Assembly (NCBI GenBank): GCA_965228735.1
Contig: OZ245838.1
Location: 5,504,001 to 5,568,000, forward strand
Source of the DNA: Planctomycetota bacterium
GTDB taxonomy: Bacteria; Planctomycetota; UBA1135; UBA2386
Length of the DNA: 64,000 bases
Reading direction: 5' to 3'
Part shown: one piece after another, positions 55,708 through 64,000 of the stretch
How the letters are laid out: every line of letters begins with the position of its first letter
Numbering within the stretch: position 1 is the first letter of the stretch
The notes under the pieces: model-generated
The model's input: only the letters and a program-made list of their open reading frames with translations
What the model was told of the DNA's origin: nothing
Database searches by the model: none
Position numbers and translations under genes: made by a program

Positions 55708-58287
55708 GTGACCGACACGGCTCTGACCCGAACGCTGACCGAGCAGCTCGACGCGCTGCGCGCGCTCGCGCACCAGCTCGTGCGCGATCCCGAGTACGCG
55801 GACGACGCCGTGCAGGATGCGTGCGTCGCGGTGCTGCGTCGGCAGGGTCGGGCGCCGCGAACCGTTCGCAGCTGGTTCGGCAACGTCGTGCAGAACGCGG
55901 CGCGCCAGCGGGTGCGCGGCGAGCAGCGGCGGCGCGAACGCGAACGCACGGCGCACGAACTGCGCGATGGCGAGCGCGACGACGGGGCGGATCCCGCGGC
56001 GGCGTTCGCGGATCTCGCGCTGCATCGTCGGCTGCTCGCGCACGTCAGCGAGCTGCCCGCGCGGCAGCGCGCGGTCGTCACCCTGCGATTCTGGCGCGGC
56101 GCGTCGACGCGCGAGGTCGCGGTGACCCTCGGCATCACGGCGCGCGCGGTGCGCGACCGGCAGCAGGAAGCGCTGCGCGAGCTGCGCCGTCGCCTCGACG
56201 CCGAGTCCGGCAGTCGCCGGGCGTGGGCCCTGCCGCTCGCGGGCTGGGTCGGCAGCGGACCGGCCGGCGCGGAGCCGGCGGCGACCGCCTCCACCTTCAC
56301 CCTCTTCACCAGTTGGTTCGTCATGCCTGCCAAGCTCCTCGTCGTGAGCGGCCTCGTGCTCGCCGTTGCCGCCGTCGCGTTCGTCTTCGGGAGCGATCCC
56401 GCCGATCCCGCGCTCGATCCCGACGCCGACCGCACGGCCGTGGTGGACGAGTCGACGACCGGCGCGGCTCGCCTCCCGGAACAGCGCGAGGTCGAGCGCG
56501 CGGCGGTCGAGACCCCGGTCGCGGTCGAAGAGCCGAAGGCTCCCGCGGAGGTTCGCATGCTGCGCGGCGTCGTCGCGGACCTCGCGGGCAAGCGGCTCGC
56601 CGGCGTGCCCGTCGTCTTCGATCCGGACGGCGACGATCAGGCGCGTTCGGAGCCGGTCATCACCGCGTCCGACGGTGCGTTCGTGCTGCCGTTCCCCGAG
56701 GAGAGGGGCAACGTCACGACGGTCGAAGGCGGCGACTGGGCGACGGTGCGGCGCTATCGCCACGACGACCGCGGCAACCCCGAGAGCGTCGTCGTGCTCG
56801 TCGCGCCGGCGCGCGATTACGCGGGGACCGTGATCGACCCCGACGGCGCGCCGGTGAGCCACGCGCAGGTCGTGATCGACGTGCCGGAGGTCGGGCGCAC
56901 GCGGCTCCTCGACGGCGTGGCGCTGCACCTGCCGCACGACCTCGGCATGACCGAGACGGATGGCAGCGGGCGCTTCGCGTTCGCGGACATCGGCTGGCTG
57001 CCGGGGTGCAAGGTCGTCGCGCGGCGCTCGCCGTTCGGCGGGGCCGAGGTCGAACTGCCGGCCGTCTCGACGGGCAACCTGCTGCTGCAGCTGAGTGCGC
57101 CGACGCCGCAGGACGCGATCTACGGCATCGTGCTCGATGCGAGCGGCACCCCGGTGCCGGATGCTTCCGTCGCCGCGGGCGCGCTCGCAGGCAAGACGGC
57201 GCGCGACGGCACGTTCCGCGCGCTGTGGCGGACCGAGACGCCGCCGGCGTTCGTGAGCGTCGTCGTGCCGCGGCTCGGCGCCGCGACGGCGACGTTGCGG
57301 CGCGGTCCTGGCGAGCCCGGCTGGAGCGCGGACAACCCGGTCGTGCTGCAGCTACCGCGGGCACCGCTGCGGCTCACCGGCCGCGTCGTCGACAGCGACG
57401 GCAACCCCGTCGCGGGCGCGCGCGTGTGGACGCCCGACCTCACGTTCTTCGGTCAGGTCGTGCGCGATGCGCAGGGTCACGAGGTCTACTCCGAGTGCTC
57501 GGTGGAAGAGCAGTTCGGTGACCACAACATGCTGGAGGTGCGCACCGTCACGGATCAGGACGGCAACTTCGAGCTCGCAGGGGTGTTGCCGCGCGACTAC
57601 GCGCTGTTCGCGCTCGACCCGCGCACGGCCGCTGCCGTCGGGCCGGTCGTCGCCAACGCCAACGGACCGGTCGAGCTGCGGCTCGGCGGCGAACCGCGCC
57701 GGCGCGTCGCCGGCCGCATCCGCACGGCAAAGGGCGAGCCGCTCGCCGGCGTGCATGTTCGCCTCGCGCGCGAGATGCCGTGGCAACGTCCCGAACGATC
57801 GCCCGACCCGTGGACGGGTTCGCCGATGGCCCCGCCGCGCGCGACGAGCGGTCGCTTCGGCGAGGGCGCAGTGACCGACAGCGACGGCCGCTTCGAGCTC
57901 GCGCCCGTCGCGGTGACCGGCGTGTCGCTGCGCTTCAGTGGTGACAACCTGATGATGCCGCGGCCGTTCGCGCTCGCGTCCGCCAGTGATCTCGAGAACC
58001 TCGACATCGAGCTGCCGGCGCGGTCCTCGATCCGGGTCGTGCTCGAGTCGGTCGAGGTCGCGGACTCGTTCTCGCTCGTCGGACCGAACGACGGCCACGT
58101 GACGATCCTGCTGCGCGCCGAAGGGTTGCTCCTGTCCGTGGGCAAGGTCGAGTTCGCGGCCGGGGTCGCGCCCGTCGTGATGACCGACGCGCGGCCCGTG
58201 ACGCTGATCCTGTGGCGGGGCGACGAGGAGATCCGGCGGCAGCCGCTCGAGCTGCGCCCCGGCGGGCCGCACGAGATTCGATTGTGA
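55708..58287 (+). CDS. ECF sigma factor fused to a TM helix and extracytoplasmic carboxypeptidase-regulatory-like repeats
   Basis: Sigma regions ADDAVQDA...SWFGNVVQN and LPARQRAVVTLRFW..STREVA, a TM (LLVVSGLVLAVAAVAFVF), then G.VVD..G.PV.GA.V repeats. Confidence 0.85.
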   Translation: MTDTALTRTLTEQLDALRALAHQLVRDPEYADDAVQDACVAVLRRQGRAPRTVRSWFGNVVQNAARQRVRGEQRRRERERTAHELRDGERDDGADPAAAFADLALHRRLLAHVSELPARQRAVVTLRFWRGASTREVAVTLGITARAVRDRQQEALRELRRRLDAESGSRRAWALPLAGWVGSGPAGAEPAATASTFTLFTSWFVMPAKLLVVSGLVLAVAAVAFVFGSDPADPALDPDADRTAVVDESTTGAARLPEQREVERAAVETPVAVEEPKAPAEVRMLRGVVADLAGKRLAGVPVVFDPDGDDQARSEPVITASDGAFVLPFPEERGNVTTVEGGDWATVRRYRHDDRGNPESVVVLVAPARDYAGTVIDPDGAPVSHAQVVIDVPEVGRTRLLDGVALHLPHDLGMTETDGSGRFAFADIGWLPGCKVVARRSPFGGAEVELPAVSTGNLLLQLSAPTPQDAIYGIVLDASGTPVPDASVAAGALAGKTARDGTFRALWRTETPPAFVSVVVPRLGAATATLRRGPGEPGWSADNPVVLQLPRAPLRLTGRVVDSDGNPVAGARVWTPDLTFFGQVVRDAQGHEVYSECSVEEQFGDHNMLEVRTVTDQDGNFELAGVLPRDYALFALDPRTAAAVGPVVANANGPVELRLGGEPRRRVAGRIRTAKGEPLAGVHVRLAREMPWQRPERSPDPWTGSPMAPPRATSGRFGEGAVTDSDGRFELAPVAVTGVSLRFSGDNLMMPRPFALASASDLENLDIELPARSSIRVVLESVEVADSFSLVGPNDGHVTILLRAEGLLLSVGKVEFAAGVAPVVMTDARPVTLILWRGDEEIRRQPLELRPGGPHEIRL

Positions 58288-58333
58288 CCGGTGTCGGGAA
58301 CCATCCGGCGCGCGCGCCCGATATGTTGACGGC

Positions 58334-59893
58334 ATGCGACCCGCCCGCTCGTGCGTTCTCTTCCCTGCGCTCGCGTTCGCGCTGCCGCTGACGGCGCAGC
58401 AACCCTACGGTCACCCGACCGGTGGCGCGGGCGGCTTCGAACCGGCGCTCTCCGCGCCCGGCCCGTGGTTGGGCAATTCGTCGTTCGGCGTCACGATTCG
58501 CGGAGGTGCGGGCGGGGCGCCCGGCCTCGTCGTGCTCGGCTCGGCACCTTCTAGCCTGCCGGTAGCAGGCTTCGAGTACCTCATCGATCCCGCGGCGGTC
58601 ATCGGCTCGATCCTGACGGTGCTCGGTGGTTCGCAGCCGGGTGAAGGCACGGGGACCGTAGCCTTGCCGTTGCCGCCGTCGCCGGTGTTCGCGGGAGTGC
58701 GCCTGTACTCGCAGGCGGTGATCGCGGACGCGGGCGCTCCTGCGGGAGTCGCGGCGACGCATGGTCTGCGGGTCGACCTGACCGACGCGCCGTTGGTCTT
58801 CGTCGGTTGCTCGATCGCGAACGCGGATCCGTTCCAGCTGATCGATCCCTTCGCCGGGGTGGTCGTGGATTCGGGCGCGCCGGCGCAGGTCAACAACGTC
58901 ACCGCAGCTGCCTTCGGCGATGGCGGCCGTCGTCTGTGGGTCGCGTCGAGCATCGCGGGAACGGTCGGGGAGGCCGACGCAACGAGCTTGCCGGCAACCT
59001 GGACGACGATCTTCTCCGGGGGCGGGACGTGCTATGGCCTGGCGTACGATCGGCGGCGCGACTGGCTTTGGACACTGACCAATCCCGGTATCGGCAGCCG
59101 TGAACTGACGGCGCTCGATGTGGCACCGGGCAGCCCGAGCTACGGCCAGGTCGCAACCAATACGGTCGGGGTCGCGAGCGGGATCTACGAGCGCTGGACC
59201 CTGTCGCCGTCGGGGCGACGCGCCGCCGTGCTCGGACTCACCGGCCTGATGGGCACACTCACGATCGTCGACACCGACGATACGTCGCCGACGTTCTTGC
59301 AGAACCTGGTGAACGCCGTCTCCGTGCCCGTCAGCCAGGCGACGACGATCGCGCTCCCGAATCAGGTCCGCATCACACCCGACGACCGCTACGCGCTCGT
59401 GCTCCTGCAGCTGCCCGGGGCGACGCCTGGCGAGATCGCGCGCTACGACATCGAGAACGGCGCGTTCATCGATCACGACCCGGCGACGCCGGCGATCGAC
59501 AACCTCGGCCCGACGAGCTCGCCCCCGATCGCGCTCGGCGGCGCGCCGCACGGCTTCTCGGTCGCGCAGAGCGGCACGTTCGCGATCGTGTCCGGCTTCA
59601 ACGCCTGCGGCTGGATCGGGCGGCTCGAGCTCGACCCGTACGACCCGTTGTCCTTCCAATGGACGACTTGGTCGCCTTCGACCGTCTTGTCGAACGCCTG
59701 GGCCGCGACCCTGTCGCCGGACGAGACGGAGGTCGGGGTGGCGCGGTGGGCGAGCAATCAGTGCACCTCGACGGTCACGCCTGCGTTCGTCAGGCTCGAC
59801 AGCGCGACGGGTACCGTCCTCGGAACCACGGCGATCGCGGCCAACAGCAACTCGTCGACCTTGCAGAACCTCTACACCGTCGTGTATCGCTGA
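58334..59893 (+). CDS. secreted protein with the recurrent domain at the N-terminus followed by a beta-propeller
   Basis: Signal peptide, YGHPTGG...PWLGNSSF...LPPSPVFAGVRLYSQAVIAD...ATHGLRV, then YVTN-like blades. Confidence 0.78.
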   Translation: MRPARSCVLFPALAFALPLTAQQPYGHPTGGAGGFEPALSAPGPWLGNSSFGVTIRGGAGGAPGLVVLGSAPSSLPVAGFEYLIDPAAVIGSILTVLGGSQPGEGTGTVALPLPPSPVFAGVRLYSQAVIADAGAPAGVAATHGLRVDLTDAPLVFVGCSIANADPFQLIDPFAGVVVDSGAPAQVNNVTAAAFGDGGRRLWVASSIAGTVGEADATSLPATWTTIFSGGGTCYGLAYDRRRDWLWTLTNPGIGSRELTALDVAPGSPSYGQVATNTVGVASGIYERWTLSPSGRRAAVLGLTGLMGTLTIVDTDDTSPTFLQNLVNAVSVPVSQATTIALPNQVRITPDDRYALVLLQLPGATPGEIARYDIENGAFIDHDPATPAIDNLGPTSSPPIALGGAPHGFSVAQSGTFAIVSGFNACGWIGRLELDPYDPLSFQWTTWSPSTVLSNAWAATLSPDETEVGVARWASNQCTSTVTPAFVRLDSATGTVLGTTAIAANSNSSTLQNLYTVVYR

Positions 59894-59962
59894 CTCGCTG
59901 CGACGGTCGAGTGCGCGTGCCGGGGAGCCTCGACGCTGCCGGGTGTGCCACGGGCTGCAGTG

Positions 59963-61777
<1,815 letters not shown>

Positions 61778-61927
61778 GGAGGGGAAGCCGTCGGGATCGT
61801 GCGGTTCGGCAGGGCCTGAGTGGCCCCGCGGCCGCGGTTCGGGGCGAAGAGTGTAGCGACCGAGGGGGCCGGCGTCGATCCGTGCCTCGGCCAGGTCGGG
61901 CCGAAGCTCGAAGATCCGCCGGCGGCC

Positions 61928-62617
61928 TCAGACGAACTGCAGCCAGACGAACCCGAGCACTCCGACGTTGGTGACCGAATGCGCGAGGAACGGCGCACCG
62001 ATGCCGCCCGATCGCTGCCTCAACACGCCCAGTGCCAGGCCATAGGCTGCCAGGAACGGAAAGCTACCGACCATTTCCGGGCCGTGACCGAGGGCGAACG
62101 TCAGGGCGGTGAACAGAATCGTCAGCGCCGGGGGAGCCACGCGGCGAGCGGCCTCCCATAGCAGGCCGCGGAAGACGTATTCCTCCATCAGCGGGCCGAG
62201 GAGCGTCATGCTGAGCCATGCCGGGAGCCAGTAGAAGACCTGTCCGGGCGCGCGCATCTGCGGTGGTGCGACGGCATGCGCGAGGAGCCCGTAGCCGAGG
62301 GAACCCAGGGCCCCGAGCAGTCCGGTTGCGACCGCGATGGCTGCCCAGCCGGGCGTGATCCTGCGACCGACCACGCCGGGCCACGATCGTGGTCCGAGAA
62401 GCAGTAGGGCGCCGGACATCAGGGCGATGTGGATCAGGTTGCTCACTGGGTCCCACCACGGCCCCACGTATCCGGTCAGGATGGTCCAGCCGCCGACGGC
62501 AGGATCCATGTATGCGTCGGTCCCGATCGCCAGGAACAGGATGGCCGCGAGAGCGCCGCGGCGACGCGTTGCGGTCGGCCAGGCCTGCGACCGAGTGATC
62601 ATCGTGCCTTGAGCCAT
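61928..62617 (-). CDS. CPBP (Abi/CAAX) family intramembrane metalloprotease
   Basis: PLMEEYVFRG, FALGH and AHSVTN in a multi-TM protein. Confidence 0.88.
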   Translation of the reverse strand: MAQGTMITRSQAWPTATRRRGALAAILFLAIGTDAYMDPAVGGWTILTGYVGPWWDPVSNLIHIALMSGALLLLGPRSWPGVVGRRITPGWAAIAVATGLLGALGSLGYGLLAHAVAPPQMRAPGQVFYWLPAWLSMTLLGPLMEEYVFRGLLWEAARRVAPPALTILFTALTFALGHGPEMVGSFPFLAAYGLALGVLRQRSGGIGAPFLAHSVTNVGVLGFVWLQFV

Positions 62618-63135
62618 ACCTGAACCGGCGGTCGAGCCGAAGTCGCAGAGTCGAGCTCTCGGATCGACAACGACTCGATGAGTTTGAACGTGGCCGCGTT
62701 CGCGGGCTCGCAGGACAGGCCGCGGAAGTCGGGCAGCCGGAACCGGTCGCCCACCTGCTCGAATCGCGGTCCGGCGATCGCGAGCAGCTCCGCGAACTCC
62801 GACTGCAGTGCGGTCCTGCCATCACACAGCAACCAGCCCTCCGGGGCTGACTCGGCCGTGCCGCGGATCATGACGACACTGCCGATCGGCCAGTCATCGC
62901 GGAACAGGGCGGCGCTCGAATCGCGTTCGTGCAGTCGCACGCCGTAGTGATCCCATTCGGCGCCCGCCGTGGCCCTCCCGGTTTCGCTCCACTTGTGCCA
63001 TGGGCGTAGCCAGGCCAAGAACAGGAGAACCAGGCCGACGTAGACCGGCCAGAACGACCAATGCCCGACCCAGCGGCCGATCGGGCCCGGTTCCGGTGAA
63101 GTTGGTCGACGCACGTTGCTCGTTGCCTCGGTCAT
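62599..63135 (-). CDS. membrane-anchored protein with a phage tail-collar-like domain
   Basis: An N-terminal TM, then PIGSVVM....PEGWLLCDG....EFAELLAI.G......FRLPDFRG. Confidence 0.75.
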   Translation of the reverse strand: MTEATSNVRRPTSPEPGPIGRWVGHWSFWPVYVGLVLLFLAWLRPWHKWSETGRATAGAEWDHYGVRLHERDSSAALFRDDWPIGSVVMIRGTAESAPEGWLLCDGRTALQSEFAELLAIAGPRFEQVGDRFRLPDFRGLSCEPANAATFKLIESLSIRELDSATSARPPVQVWLKAR

Positions 63136-63280
63136 CCTTCGGTTGTTGCCCCTGCATCTTCGGATCCAGCCTCGCCCTCGTCCACGTTCGCCCGTCGTCG
63201 GGAGCGCTGCTCAGCGCCCGACGTCGGCTGCGACCGCCACGGTCGTCGGTCGTTCTGCGCCGCAGGCAGTTGCCCGCGGC

Positions 63281-64000
63281 TCAGGGGTTGGTGACCAGGC
63301 TCGGCGTGCCGAGCGCGACGCCGGCAGGCGTCACGAAGGCCGTCTGCATCGCAACGATCGTCCCTGCCGGCAGCGGGGGGTGGGGCAGCGAGGCGGTGTG
63401 CAGTCGGGTGCCGGGAAACGCGGAGCCCGCCACGATCCAGAACGCCGCGGGCTCGATCCAGGCCAGCCCGAACTGCGTTCCGGACTCGGTTGCCGGCAGG
63501 CTCAGGAGGGTCAGGAACGGGGCGCCGGCAGGGCCGTGGGCCTGCATCGTGAGTTGCTGCCCGTTGGTCGATGCGACGAGGCTGCCGAACTCGAACGTCG
63601 CCACCGCGGCCGGCCCCGCGACGGCCGGTTGACCCGAGCCGGGAACGAGGCGGGAGCTCGGATCGAGCAGGATCGCTCCGCCGCTCGTGACGATCGCCGG
63701 ACTGCTCAGGCTGGCGACCAGGTCACTGCGCGTGATCGCCACTTCGCCGTCGACCAGGCGGGCCGCCGGGCTCGGGAACAAGCCGCCGTTCAACGTGCAG
63801 CTGACGAGCGCGGTGCGACCGCCGTCGATCGACAGTCCGGTCGAGAGGACCGGGTCGAAGCCGCATCCCGAGAACACGACGTTCGAGTCGACGACGTTGC
63901 TGCCGCGAAGCGCGACGCCCCCGAGGTGCAGCTGCGCGCAGTCGTTGGCGTCGACCTGCCAACGATTCAGTGCCGCTTGGCCCAGGTTCTCGAGCGTGAC
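63281..64000 (-). CDS. protein ending in the recurrent domain (5' part outside the window)
   Basis: The frame is open to the window end. C-terminal HGPAGAPFL...FGLAWIEP...LPHPPLPAGTIVAMQTAFVTP. Confidence 0.65.
   Translation of the reverse strand, partial: VTLENLGQAALNRWQVDANDCAQLHLGGVALRGSNVVDSNVVFSGCGFDPVLSTGLSIDGGRTALVSCTLNGGLFPSPAARLVDGEVAITRSDLVASLSSPAIVTSGGAILLDPSSRLVPGSGQPAVAGPAAVATFEFGSLVASTNGQQLTMQAHGPAGAPFLTLLSLPATESGTQFGLAWIEPAAFWIVAGSAFPGTRLHTASLPHPPLPAGTIVAMQTAFVTPAGVALGTPSLVTNP

Noticed and set aside
62599..63135. Prophage
   Set aside because: There is a single collar-like domain and no integrase, capsid, terminase or tail genes.

Overview
This GC-rich bacterial window is most consistent with Planctomycetota. 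That is inferred from the ECF sigma factor plus Ser/Thr kinase pair, the long PVC-type GreA, the long-insert LepB and many secreted proteins sharing one terminal domain. It holds about 50 CDS. Housekeeping genes are lepA, lepB-lptB, greA and leuB. Other content includes a MoxR-DUF58-transglutaminase operon, an orphan minimal flagellin with a FliA-like promoter, two degenerate PilT-like proteins (one with an MshEN domain) and leuC/leuD relics. The main locus (43.3-51.1 kb) encodes an AlgE-like porin, a Rieske protein, a b6-type cytochrome b, an octaheme HAO-family cytochrome, NapA and a tetraheme tandem-NapB lipoprotein. No napC, napGH, napD or cytochrome c1 is in the window. This suggests a Rieske/cytochrome b-coupled nitrate/nitrite reduction module. 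Also notable are a ~130-aa domain recurring in eight secreted proteins, a histone-tail protein with a possibly inactive nuclease fold, a divergent GNAT-like pair around two palindromes, a 152-bp tandem repeat and a 33-bp perfect inverted repeat. All family calls were made by eye from motifs; no searches were run.
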